From a bacterium (lineage in GTDB: Bacteria > Patescibacteriota > Gracilibacteria > Peribacterales > Peribacteraceae), in assembly GCA_029558515.1 (NCBI GenBank), contig JAKQEM010000032.1, positions 3,987 to 67,986 on the forward strand: a stretch of 64,000 bases of DNA, read 5' to 3'. Below, in pieces: positions 45,267-54,948 of the stretch (the stretch's first letter is position 1; every line of letters starts with the position of its first letter). The notes beneath the pieces were generated by a model. That model was not told the DNA's origin and searched no databases. It worked only from the letters and a program-made list of their open reading frames with translations. Made by a program: the position numbers and the translations under genes.

Positions 45267-47729
45267 TCAAAGCATCTCCCGCACTCCCCGCATCTGCTCC
45301 TCCGAGAGGATCTTCCGCAATACCGCATCCGGTGCTCTCTTCACCGCATCGACGGACCCGAATTCCTGCAACAGTTTCTGCCGTGTCAGAGGCCCGATGG
45401 ACGGAATGCGATCGAGCGCGGAGGCTGTGAGCGTCTTCGACGCGCGTTTGGTCCGGTGGCGATTGGCGAAACGATGCGCTTCATCCCGCAATCGCATCAG
45501 AAGAAATTTCGCCTGACTGTCTTTGGAAAAGAGAATCGGTACAGGTCGTCTTGGCACGAACACTTCCTCCTCCCGCTTGGCCAGTCCGATCACAGGAATT
45601 GTAAGATCAAACTTCTTCAAGACATCGACCACCGTGGAGAGCTGCCCCTTGCCGCCGTCGATGACGAGGAGATCGGGAGCAGTCGAAAGAGAGACATCGG
45701 GTTTATGCTGTGCCGTATCGTACACCAATACCGGTCGCTCGACGCCGTCGGGATGATCCTTGCGGTAGCGTTCCCAACGCTCCTGGAACACGGCGGGGGG
45801 TTTGAGCACATGTCGGAAACCCATCGTTTCGTAATAACGCTCGATTCCCTCGGGGATCGCGTGGACGTACACTTTTCCCTTCTTCACGGATTGCAGCAAC
45901 TTGCGAATGAGCACACTCGCCAAATGATTGCCCCGATACGGTTCATCGACCCAGACAGAAGCGAGTTCCAACAACTTTCCCGCATGCTCCCGGAGCCGGA
46001 CAAATCCGGCGATCTCTTCCTCATGCCGCGCCACGAGAAATGTCTTGTAGTCCAGATCGGACCCGCTGAGATCGTCCTCCCGCTCAATGATCGTCCGGAT
46101 CGTCTCCGCCTCGGATTTCCTCGCTTTTCCAAACACAATGCCTCCCTCCTGCCACTGCTTCTCCTCAAACGCCAGACCGCCGACCAGGTGCCGCAGACGC
46201 CGCGTCAGCACTTCTTGGAGCGCACGATAGTCATCGATAGCCCCGCGCTGCATGGAGCGAATGGTGAAGGAACGATACTGATCGCTCTGCGCTTTGCCAT
46301 GGAGAAAAACTGACATGCTGCCGACCGTCTCCGTCCCGCCCAAGTGCGAGATGTCGTAGCCTTCGATGCGCCGAGGCGGCGCGGGAAGATCCAATGTGCG
46401 GGCAAGTTCACTGAGCGCCTCCGTGAGATTCCGTTCCTCCGCCTCCCAACCGGCTTCGTACTGCTTGGCCTTCTCCTGCGCGTTCTTCTCCGCCAGCTGC
46501 AGCAGCTGCGACTTATTCCCGCGTTCGGGAATGCGCACCGAGACGTTGCGCCCGTGACGCTGACTGAGGAATTGCTCCACCGTCGTGCGACCGGGAAAAT
46601 CCTCCGCCACCAGAATGATCTCCGGCAGGTCCGCGACATCACGGTACAATTGCGGCAGAAATTGCTCCAACACCTCGGCAGGAGATTCCGCACGACCGGA
46701 GAGTGCAAAACTCTCCTCATCGATCAACTTCCCCTCGCGCTTGCGCATCAACACGACTTGAACTTTTCCGCTCAGAAGAGCCATTCCTATCACATCCACA
46801 TTCTCCCCCGACGTATCCGACACAATTTGTTTCCCCTTGAGTTCCTCCACCGACCGCAGCATGTCCCGCAGATCCTTCGCACGCTCGAAGCGCTTCGCGG
46901 CGGCCGCCTCCATCATCTGCGCCTTCGCCCGGGCGATAACCGGATCGTAGTTCCCGCGGAAAAACCCCATCACCGCATCGATGCGGGTGCGATACTCCTC
47001 CCGTGAGACGGCACCCGCGCACAGCCCGCAACACCGTCCGATTTGGTAGTCCAAACACGGCTGCAATTTCTCCGTTTGATGCGCGGCCGCGCCGTCACCT
47101 TCCCGACGATTCAGCGCATCCAGAGATTGCTTGCATGCGAGAAACGGGAAGATGAGGTGCAGCATGTCGATGGACTGCCGCGTGTGATACGCGCTCACAT
47201 ACGGGCCGAAGTACTTCGCGTTCGCATTCCTCATCTGGCGCACCACCGCGACGCGCGGAAAGGGATCCTCCGTCGTCACCTCCACGTACACGTAATTCTT
47301 GTCATCCTTCATCAGCACGTTGTACTTGGGACGCATTTCTTTGATGAGATTGGTTTCCAGCACCAGCGCCTCCAACTCGGAATTGACCACCGTCACATCG
47401 AAATCCGCGATCTGCCGCAGCATCGATTGCTTCCACGGACCCTGTCCTTTCGCCGCGTCCTTCGCAACGTAACTGCGCAAGCGATTCCGCAGATTCTTCG
47501 CCTTGCCTATGTAGAGCACCGTTCCCGCCTGATCTTTCCACCGGTACACACCCGGACCCGCGGAAGCACGCGCCACCCGCTTCCGCAGGGAAGGAAGGTG
47601 GGGATTGTCCGAACCGATCTTGGCGGAGGCTGCGTTGCTAGTCACAAGGACAGAATACCGCGTTTCCCTCCCCGACTCACCCCGGTCCGCTCTCTTCTCC
47701 ATCGAAACACTCTGAGATGCAACCGTCAC
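45267..47729 (-). CDS. uvrC: Excinuclease ABC subunit C with an inserted GNAT domain
   Basis: GVYRW...LYIGKAKNLRNRL, RIEGYDISH, DGGKGQL, LRDEAHRFA, HhH; exact start uncertain. Confidence 0.92.
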   Translation of the reverse strand: MTVASQSVSMEKRADRGESGRETRYSVLVTSNAASAKIGSDNPHLPSLRKRVARASAGPGVYRWKDQAGTVLYIGKAKNLRNRLRSYVAKDAAKGQGPWKQSMLRQIADFDVTVVNSELEALVLETNLIKEMRPKYNVLMKDDKNYVYVEVTTEDPFPRVAVVRQMRNANAKYFGPYVSAYHTRQSIDMLHLIFPFLACKQSLDALNRREGDGAAAHQTEKLQPCLDYQIGRCCGLCAGAVSREEYRTRIDAVMGFFRGNYDPVIARAKAQMMEAAAAKRFERAKDLRDMLRSVEELKGKQIVSDTSGENVDVIGMALLSGKVQVVLMRKREGKLIDEESFALSGRAESPAEVLEQFLPQLYRDVADLPEIILVAEDFPGRTTVEQFLSQRHGRNVSVRIPERGNKSQLLQLAEKNAQEKAKQYEAGWEAEERNLTEALSELARTLDLPAPPRRIEGYDISHLGGTETVGSMSVFLHGKAQSDQYRSFTIRSMQRGAIDDYRALQEVLTRRLRHLVGGLAFEEKQWQEGGIVFGKARKSEAETIRTIIEREDDLSGSDLDYKTFLVARHEEEIAGFVRLREHAGKLLELASVWVDEPYRGNHLASVLIRKLLQSVKKGKVYVHAIPEGIERYYETMGFRHVLKPPAVFQERWERYRKDHPDGVERPVLVYDTAQHKPDVSLSTAPDLLVIDGGKGQLSTVVDVLKKFDLTIPVIGLAKREEEVFVPRRPVPILFSKDSQAKFLLMRLRDEAHRFANRHRTKRASKTLTASALDRIPSIGPLTRQKLLQEFGSVDAVKRAPDAVLRKILSEEQMRGVREML

Positions 47730-48610
47730 TGCACGTCGCCCGTTCCGTCTCTTCCATCAATTGTACCGCGCGTTGCACCGGCACCGGCCTGCTTCACGGG
47801 AGAAATCCCCAGTGCCATGGCAATGAGACGCTGTTCCACCACCGCAGGCAGATCTCCGTAAAGATCACGATACTCTGCACTATCCAAATCATGCAACGCA
47901 TGCAACTTGGCAGGCATATCGATGGAACGTATGCCCGGAGGAAGATCAAAGCGAACCAAGCTGACTTTGTTTACAACACACTGGATAGGCACTCGCCTTT
48001 CCCTCTCCAATGCCGGAACATCATAGCATAGCAATTTACCAGTAGTATCAAGCGACAGAAACCGTGCCTGCATCCATCCAAGGTCCTCGAATAAATATTG
48101 CTGAACGTTTGAGTCGGTGAAATCGCATAATGGTCGTTCCTGTTGATCCACTGGTTGTGCGGAAAATTGCTGCAATACCTCCTCCCGCGTCGGCAGGGGA
48201 CCACATTCGAGCATTGCAAGCGTTGTATCCAACTCTTCTCTTCCACCCGGCGTCAATAAATCACGTGTATTTGCGGAATTCTTCTGAATCAAATTACGAA
48301 TTTGGAGAGAAGCAAGTCCTTGAACGGTATCAATAATAGGCGCGCCGTCAGTCGGCCTCTCTCGCGATAGATCCCCGGCCGCAGAACGGATCAGAAACTG
48401 AGCGTACTTCTGATTCTTCGCCAGCAAAAAAGGATATAAATAAATAACGTTCACATCATCATGCTGAAAATACGACACAATCGCATGTACCCAATACTTC
48501 CGCCCCGCCACCACATAGGGTGCATAGACTATATCTCCCTTCCGACAAATGGGAGAGACCTGCCGTTCCGCATCCGGTTCGGTACCCAAAGGCTTTGGTG
48601 CATTTGACAT
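47726..48610 (-). CDS. Hypothetical protein, tandem paralogue 1
   Basis: 294 aa; colinear with 48638-49525. Confidence 0.75.
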   Translation of the reverse strand: MSNAPKPLGTEPDAERQVSPICRKGDIVYAPYVVAGRKYWVHAIVSYFQHDDVNVIYLYPFLLAKNQKYAQFLIRSAAGDLSRERPTDGAPIIDTVQGLASLQIRNLIQKNSANTRDLLTPGGREELDTTLAMLECGPLPTREEVLQQFSAQPVDQQERPLCDFTDSNVQQYLFEDLGWMQARFLSLDTTGKLLCYDVPALERERRVPIQCVVNKVSLVRFDLPPGIRSIDMPAKLHALHDLDSAEYRDLYGDLPAVVEQRLIAMALGISPVKQAGAGATRGTIDGRDGTGDVQ

Positions 48611-48637
48611 AGGACGGCCACCCTACCCCTATTTCTT

Positions 48638-49525
48638 TTAGTATGTCAACTCCCCCCTGCCACCCGCTCCGCCTCTTCCATCGATTGTGCCGCACGTTGC
48701 ACCGGCATCTGCCTGCCCAACGGGAAGAATCCCCAGTAGAGTGGCGATGAGACTCCGTTCCACCACTTGAGGCAGATCTCCGGAAAGATCAGCATATCGC
48801 TTCAAGGTCAAATCACGAAATGCACCCCATTGAGCGGACGTATCGATGGAACGTGTACCCGGAGGAAGATCAAAGCGAATGCCTGTTATGCTTCCTGACG
48901 CGTATCTTGTGGGTACGCTCCTTGTCCGCTCCATTGCCGGAACATAATATTGCAGACTTGCACTATTTCGTTCGTAGGGCTGAGCCCAGGCACGCAACCA
49001 TGCGCCTTCATAGTAGAGATAATAGATTTTCTCCGGGTCGATAAAATCGTCTAATGGTCGGTTTTCATGATACACTCGTGGTGCAGAAAATTGCCGCAAT
49101 ACCTCCGCCCGCGTCGGCAGCGGACCACATTCGAGCATTTTATGCAATTCAGCCAACTTTTGTCTTCCATCCGACGTCAATAAATCACGTGTATTGGCGG
49201 CATTCTTCTCAATCAAAAGACGAATTTGAAGAGAGGCAAATCCATCAAAGGTATCAATGACAGGCTTGCCGTCAGTCGGCCTCTCCCGCGAAAGATCCCC
49301 GGCCGCAGCAGAAATCAGCAGCGGAGTGTGTTGCTGCGAGTGCGACAGAAAAGAAGGGTAGAGAGTAACTTTACCATCTCTGCAAACATGCGACGCAGTC
49401 GCATGAACCCAATACTTCTGCTCCGCCACCTCGTAGGGTGCATAGACCATATCTCCTTCTTGAATGGGAGGGACCTGCCGTTCCGCATTTGGTTCGATAC
49501 ACAAAGGATTTGGTGCATTTGACAT
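48638..49525 (-). CDS. Hypothetical protein, tandem paralogue 2
   Basis: 295 aa; shares MSNAP, AAGDLSRERPTDG, ANTRDLLT, MLECGPLPTR and RFDLPPG with paralogue 1. Confidence 0.75.
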   Translation of the reverse strand: MSNAPNPLCIEPNAERQVPPIQEGDMVYAPYEVAEQKYWVHATASHVCRDGKVTLYPSFLSHSQQHTPLLISAAAGDLSRERPTDGKPVIDTFDGFASLQIRLLIEKNAANTRDLLTSDGRQKLAELHKMLECGPLPTRAEVLRQFSAPRVYHENRPLDDFIDPEKIYYLYYEGAWLRAWAQPYERNSASLQYYVPAMERTRSVPTRYASGSITGIRFDLPPGTRSIDTSAQWGAFRDLTLKRYADLSGDLPQVVERSLIATLLGILPVGQADAGATCGTIDGRGGAGGRGELTY

Positions 49526-49665
49526 AGGACAGTCACCCTACCCCCGTTTCTCACGATGTCAACTCCCCCTGTCACCCTGTCACCCACTCCCCATAGGAAG
49601 AGTGTGTCTTGCCGAAAGATCCACCCCCGTTTTGCGTCTCAGCAATCATCTTCCCCCCACTGCTG

Positions 49666-49851
49666 ATGTCATACGGCGCACTCCTCTTCACCATCGTCCT
49701 CTCCCTGAGCACTCCCGTTGTTCCATCCGCCGAGGCAAGGAAACCCGTCATCTGCCGGATACAGCAAACCGGCTGCCACTGGGATCATCCGCCGTATCTG
49801 AGCAAGCGTGTGAGCATCCTGCGCTGCAGGAAGGTCCGGGTCTGCCGATAG
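49666..49851 (+). CDS. Small secreted cationic peptide with 4 Cys
   Basis: 61 aa; hydrophobic N-terminus ending AEA, then an R/K-rich mature part with 4 Cys. Confidence 0.45.
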   Translation: MSYGALLFTIVLSLSTPVVPSAEARKPVICRIQQTGCHWDHPPYLSKRVSILRCRKVRVCR

Positions 49852-49885
49852 GAAAACATGCCACCAAAGCGTGTCATCTGCTACC

Positions 49886-50721
49886 ATGGTACCGATTTCC
49901 AGTGACGAATCCCTAATCCCCAATCCCCAATCCCCAATCCCCTCGTCTCCGCCATCGTCCTCAATACCCGTGAAGCCGCGCGCACGGTGCGCTGCGTGCA
50001 GGCGCTTCTGATGCAAACCATCGCGCAGGAGCTGGAAATCATCATCGTCGACAATCACTCGCAGGATGATTCCATCGGCATTCTCCGCAATCGTTTCGGA
50101 CAGTATCCGCACATCCGCATCGTCGAAAATGAACGCAATCGAGGATTCGGCCAGGGCAATGCGGCGGGCATTCGTCATGCGACGGGCACGTACCTGCTGA
50201 TCATCAACCCTGATGTCACGCTGCCACACAACGGCCTGGAACAGATGACGCACGCGATGGAGGCAGACCCGTCCATCGGCTTGCTCGGTCCGCAACTGCG
50301 GTTTGAAGACGGCACGATCCGCCGCTCCTTCCGATCCTTCCCCCGGCTGTCTGACGTGTTCATCAAGCGGACCATTCTGCGTTTTTTCCTCCGGAAACGG
50401 CTGGATCACTATCTAAGCACATCCATCGACCCCTCGCAGGTGCAGGATGTGGACTGGCTTGCGGGCGGCTGCATCCTGATGCAACGAACATTTTTCAACG
50501 AACTGGGCGGTTTCGACCGAAGATTCTTCCTGTTTTTTGAGGATACGGACCTCTGCAGGCGCATCTGGAACGCAGGAAAGCGCGTCGTTTACTATCCCAC
50601 GGTACGGGCCGCGGACGGCAAACAGCGCCTCAGCGAGGGCGGATGTTTCTCGATCTTCACCAAAAAAACCGTGCGCATCCATCTCTGCAGCGCAGTGCGG
50701 TATTTTTGGAAGTGGAGATAG
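49886..50721 (+). CDS. Glycosyltransferase family 2 (rhamnosyltransferase-like); ATG 49886 is out of frame as assembled
   Basis: LVSAIVLN, IIIVDNHSQD, NRGFGQGN, INPD, FDRRFFLFFEDTDLC. Confidence 0.85.
49908..49942. repeat. Heptamer tract (AATCCCY)x5 inside the 5' end of the glycosyltransferase gene
   Basis: AATCCCT followed by 4x AATCCCC. Confidence 0.9.
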
Positions 50722-50732
50722 AGTCGCCATGA

Positions 50733-50840
50733 TTCGTTACTCGTTTGTACGCCTGCCCTGAGCTTGTCGAATGGGTTATTCGTTTGTTTGCATACAAAAT
50801 CAGCACAGAAACAAAAAACGAAGAACCGACAACAAAGAAC
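50733..50840. repeat. Degenerate TTCGTT/AACGAA repeat arms containing a CCCTGAGCTTGTCGAATGGG REP-like motif
   Basis: Seen in the intergenic region between GT2 and rplY. Confidence 0.5.
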
Positions 50841-50918
50841 GCACCCCTCCCTCTCTTTCTCGTTGACCTCTGCCGGAACCTCCTCTACCCTGCGATCCCG
50901 ATTTCCGCCTGTTTTCCC

Positions 50919-51602
50919 ATGGAAGCACTTTCTCTCACCGTCTCCGCCCGCTCCGCCGATGCCTCCGCAGCGCTCCTGCGACGCGAGGGACAGATCCCGG
51001 GCATCATCTACGGCAATACGGACAATACGCTCATCGCCGTGAACGAGGTGGACTTGAAGCGCGCCTACGTGAAGGCGGGCGAGAGCACGCTGGTCGAGAT
51101 CGCACTGGAAGGAAAGACATTGCCCGTCCTGTTCCACGCACTGCAATTCGATCCGGTATCGGACCGCATGACGCACGTCGACTTCTTCGCCGTGAACATG
51201 AAGGAAGAGGTGGAAGCGGACGTGCTGATCCGCCTGGAAGGCGAAGCGCCTGCCGTCAAAGATCTGGGTGCCATTCTCGTCACGCCGCTCGATACGGTCA
51301 CCGTTCGCGCGCTGCCCGCCCATCTCCCGCATGACCTGGTGGTGCATCTGTCGGGACTCACGGAATTCGACGGCACACTCACCGTCGCAGACATCGTCGT
51401 CCCGGAAGGCGTCACCATCTTGAATGACCCCACGGACGTGCTCGTGATCGCACAGGAACCGCGCGAGGAGGAAGTGGTGGAAGCACCGGTCGCCGCGGAA
51501 GGAACGGAAGGAGCCCCGGCGGCGGAAGGAGCCCCTGCAGCGGAAGGCGGAACCCCCGCCGCGGAAGGAGCAACGGCGGCAAAAGGAGAAAAGAAGGAAT
51601 GA
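50919..51602 (+). CDS. rplY: 50S ribosomal protein L25 (Ctc form)
   Basis: LRREGQIPGIIYG, QFDPVSDRMTHVDF, acidic Ala-rich tail. Confidence 0.93.
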   Translation: MEALSLTVSARSADASAALLRREGQIPGIIYGNTDNTLIAVNEVDLKRAYVKAGESTLVEIALEGKTLPVLFHALQFDPVSDRMTHVDFFAVNMKEEVEADVLIRLEGEAPAVKDLGAILVTPLDTVTVRALPAHLPHDLVVHLSGLTEFDGTLTVADIVVPEGVTILNDPTDVLVIAQEPREEEVVEAPVAAEGTEGAPAAEGAPAAEGGTPAAEGATAAKGEKKE

Positions 51603-51606
51603 CGTA

Positions 51607-51712
51607 TTGTTTGTGTTGTTCGTTGTTCGTTATTGATCGTTCGATTCTGCTTTCAGAAACCTCTTTCATCAACCGTAAACGAGCAACGAACAAACGATAA
51701 ACGAACACGAAA
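51607..51712. repeat. Inverted degenerate heptamer arms (TTGTTCG)n ... (AACGAAC)n between convergent genes
   Basis: Left ttgtttgtgttgttcgttgttcgttattg; right aaacgagcaacgaacaaacgataaacgaacacgaaa. Confidence 0.7.
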
Positions 51713-51719
51713 TCCGTTC

Positions 51720-52904
51720 CTACTCCACCCAAAGGAGCATGCTCTTCAGGTAATCCGTCTCCGGATGAAACACGTTCACGGGATGATCCAAAGCGGCACG
51801 ATGCCGGTGGAGGATGCGCGCGGTGCGTCCCGCTTGGCGCGCGGCATGAAAGATAACCATCTGGAAGAGCGCGGCGTCCATCTGGTAGGAGCACGAACAC
51901 GTGAGGAGCAATCCCCCTTCCGGCAAAAGCATCTGCATCCCCAGACGATTGAGATCCGTATAGGCGCGCTTGGCCTGATCCAAATCGGTGCTGCGCTTGG
52001 CGAAGGCGGGAGGATCCAGAATGATGAAGTCGTAGTCGCGGCGCGGAGGATTCCGGAGGAAATCGAAGACGTCCCGTGCATGAATGCCGAGCTTCCCCGA
52101 CTCAATGCCATTCATCGCCGCATGCTCCCTCGCCTGCGCCAGCGCATCCTCATCATAGTCGACCGCATCGGCGTACAGCGCCCCGCCTTTGAGGGCGTTC
52201 ATCGCAAAGCCACCGACATAGCTGAAGCAATCCAGGACGGTACGACCGCTCCCGAGCTCCCGCACGAATGAGCGCATCTCACGTTGATCCAGAAAGAGTC
52301 CGGTTTTCTGTCCCCCCTGCAGCGCAATACGATAGGAAAGCCCCCGTTCCACAACGGTCAAATTCGTATCGCCTTCGCCACGCAGCCATCCTTCCCTGTT
52401 TGCCAACCCTTCCTTTTTGCGCGCGGGCCCCGCCGATTTTTCGAAGATGCCCGCAGGATGGAGTGCTTCCATGAGCAGATCCGCGATCCACTCGCGCAGA
52501 CGATCCATGCCGAGCGTGGTGAGTTGCACGACGAGCGTATCGCCATAGCGGTCCACGATGAGACCGGGAATGGCATCCCCTTCCGCATTGATCAGACGGA
52601 AGGCCGTGGTGTCATCGGCACCGAAGAACCGGGAGCGCAGTGCGATGGCTCGTTCGATGGCGTGCCGCAGGAGTCGCAGCGGGTCGCCCTGCTGAAACGC
52701 AATCGCCCGGGCGCAGATGTACGCACCCGTATTGAGCGTGGCGTAGCAGAGAAAACTGCCGTCGTGCGCGCGCACGTCGACGATCGATCCGTTCTCCACG
52801 TCGGGAAAAGCGGCGACGGCATTCTTGAAAATCGCATGATGACGATTTTTGAGGTGAATCTCACGCTCGGGTTTCAGCCGGAGGATGGGATAGGAAGACG
52901 CCAT
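51720..52904 (-). CDS. rlmI: RlmI-like SAM-dependent rRNA methyltransferase
   Basis: PUA-like N-terminus, NAEGDAIPGLIVDRY, GQKTGLFLDQR, ILDPPAF, TCSCS. Confidence 0.88.
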   Translation of the reverse strand: MASSYPILRLKPEREIHLKNRHHAIFKNAVAAFPDVENGSIVDVRAHDGSFLCYATLNTGAYICARAIAFQQGDPLRLLRHAIERAIALRSRFFGADDTTAFRLINAEGDAIPGLIVDRYGDTLVVQLTTLGMDRLREWIADLLMEALHPAGIFEKSAGPARKKEGLANREGWLRGEGDTNLTVVERGLSYRIALQGGQKTGLFLDQREMRSFVRELGSGRTVLDCFSYVGGFAMNALKGGALYADAVDYDEDALAQAREHAAMNGIESGKLGIHARDVFDFLRNPPRRDYDFIILDPPAFAKRSTDLDQAKRAYTDLNRLGMQMLLPEGGLLLTCSCSYQMDAALFQMVIFHAARQAGRTARILHRHRAALDHPVNVFHPETDYLKSMLLWVE

Positions 52905-52953
52905 GGACGCGTGACTATAGCGCAGAGCCTGCGGGTTTGCTACGCTTCGCATC

Positions 52954-54354
52954 ATGCCTCCACACACACCCCCGTCCCCCGTCAACGATCTGCCCGCCGC
53001 TCCCGCTTTTCTCAAGCTCATCGGGCCGAGCTTCATTATTTTGGGGCTGGGGCTCGGCAGCGGCGAAGTCATCATGTGGCCGTACCTTTCCAGCAATTTC
53101 GGTCTCGGGATCGTCTGGGGCATGCTCGTCGGCATCACGATGCAGTTTTTCATCAACATGGAAGTGGAGCGTTACGCATTGATTCATGGCGAAAGCGTGT
53201 TCGTCGGATTCAAGAAACTATGGAAGTGGTTGCCGATTTGGTTTCTGCTGACGACGTTCTTCGCGTGGGTATGGCCGGGGATCGGGCTGGCCGGTGCCAC
53301 GTTGCTCGCACAAGCACTCGGCATCGAACGGGTGTGGTTACTGGGAGTGGCGTTGTTTGTGGGCATCGGCGCCATCCTGACGCTGGGCTCCGTCGTGTAC
53401 AAAACCGTCGAACGCCTGCAGATGATTCTGATCGGCGTCGGCGTTCCGTTCATCATCGGACTCACGGCCTACCTCACCACGCTGCCGGATCTCGGAGCGA
53501 TGCTCGCGGGCTTGATCGGGCGGGGGACGGATTATTCCTTCCTTCCCGAGGGAATCATCATGGGAACGTTTCTGGGGGCCCTCGCCTACGCGGGTGCCGG
53601 GGGCAACTTAAACCTCGCGCAGTCCCTCTACGTACGAGACAAAGGCTACGGCATGGGCGCGTATGCCGATCGCATTACGAGTGTGATGACGGGAGGCGGT
53701 GCGGCGCAGAAGATCAAACTGACCGGCACGACGTTCCCCGTGACCGCGGAAAACGTCTCGCGCTTCCGCACTTGGTGGAAAGCGGTCAATCTCGAACATG
53801 CGCTGGTGTTCTGGGCATTGGGTCTTTTCACCATGCTCACGCTCACGATGCTCGCGTACGTCACCACGTTCGGATCAGCCGATAATGCCGAGGGAATGCA
53901 ATTCCTCTTCAATGAAGCCGCCGCCATCGCCCTGCGAACCCTGCCGATCTTCGGCGTCCTCTTCCTGATCGTCACCGGCATCATGCTCACGGCAACGCAG
54001 CTGACCGTGCTGGATTCCACCAGCCGCATCATGACGGAGAACGTGCTCCTGCTGTATACGGGCGATCGTTCCTTCAACGTCTCACGCCTTTACTACGTTA
54101 TCTTGTGGGTGCAAATTCTCTTCGGCATTCTCGTCTTCAGCCTGGGCTTCACGCAGCCGCGGCAACTCATCACGCTCGGCGCCATCATCAACGCCTTCAC
54201 GATGTTCAGCTACACGGGCATCTTGCTGTACCTGAATAATCACCTCCTCGCCAAAGAACTCCGCCCGAGCATCTGGCGCAACATCGCTCTCCTCTTCACC
54301 TTCCTCTTCTTCGGGACGTTCTCGGTGCTGACGATTATGGAATACATGATGTAA
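52954..54354 (+). CDS. Nramp-like (APC superfamily) transporter
   Basis: IGPSFIILGLGLGSGEVIMWP; about 11 TM segments. Confidence 0.8.
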   Translation: MPPHTPPSPVNDLPAAPAFLKLIGPSFIILGLGLGSGEVIMWPYLSSNFGLGIVWGMLVGITMQFFINMEVERYALIHGESVFVGFKKLWKWLPIWFLLTTFFAWVWPGIGLAGATLLAQALGIERVWLLGVALFVGIGAILTLGSVVYKTVERLQMILIGVGVPFIIGLTAYLTTLPDLGAMLAGLIGRGTDYSFLPEGIIMGTFLGALAYAGAGGNLNLAQSLYVRDKGYGMGAYADRITSVMTGGGAAQKIKLTGTTFPVTAENVSRFRTWWKAVNLEHALVFWALGLFTMLTLTMLAYVTTFGSADNAEGMQFLFNEAAAIALRTLPIFGVLFLIVTGIMLTATQLTVLDSTSRIMTENVLLLYTGDRSFNVSRLYYVILWVQILFGILVFSLGFTQPRQLITLGAIINAFTMFSYTGILLYLNNHLLAKELRPSIWRNIALLFTFLFFGTFSVLTIMEYMM

Positions 54355-54373
54355 TCGGGTACCATGTTCCCCC

Positions 54374-54892
54374 ATGGATGACGAAACCCCCCTGTTTCGG
54401 GAAAAATTCCGCATCACATCGGCGCGTCGGCCGGGATGGGATTATGCCGATGTCGGATACTATTTCGTGACGATCAACACCAAAAATCGACACCCGTGGT
54501 TCGGAGAAATACAACATCAACGGATGTGTCTCTCTGAAACGGGATCACTGGTATGGCAATGCTGGAATGCCATCCCGCAACACCATCCACACATTGTCTT
54601 GGACCGGTTCATCGTCATGCCGGATCACCTTCATGGCATCATTCGGCTCAATCGTACCGCCACTCTGCAACGGCAACCCAACGACATCATCCCCTGGCAA
54701 CGTGGGGTCCTGGGTGCGGTGGTCAACCACTTCAAAGGGGCATGCTCGCGCTTCATCCGCCCGATACATCCCGACTTCGCTTGGCAATCTCGCTTCCACG
54801 ACATCATCATCCGCGATAACCATGCCCTCGGAAATATGCGCCGGTACATCGATGAAAACCCCCTGCGCTGGGGAGGTAAAGACGCCCTATAG
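54374..54892 (+). CDS. REP-associated tyrosine transposase (RAYT, HUH Y1 family)
   Basis: YFVTINT, VMPDHLHGII, WQSRFHDIIIR...YIDENP. Confidence 0.88.
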   Translation: MDDETPLFREKFRITSARRPGWDYADVGYYFVTINTKNRHPWFGEIQHQRMCLSETGSLVWQCWNAIPQHHPHIVLDRFIVMPDHLHGIIRLNRTATLQRQPNDIIPWQRGVLGAVVNHFKGACSRFIRPIHPDFAWQSRFHDIIIRDNHALGNMRRYIDENPLRWGGKDAL

Positions 54893-54945
54893 GGCGTCTC
54901 TACTACGGGCGTCTCTACGGGCGTCTCTACTACGGGCGTCTCTAC
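54876..54945. repeat. REP-like palindrome plus tandem GGGCGTCTCTAC x4
   Basis: GTAAAGACGCCC-TATA-GGGCGTCTCTAC followed by three more half-sites. Confidence 0.85.
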
Positions 54946-54948
54946 GAT

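Noticed and set aside
54876-54945. Possible CRISPR array
   Set aside because: 12-bp units without unique spacers, and no cas genes. No CRISPR array was seen anywhere in the window.
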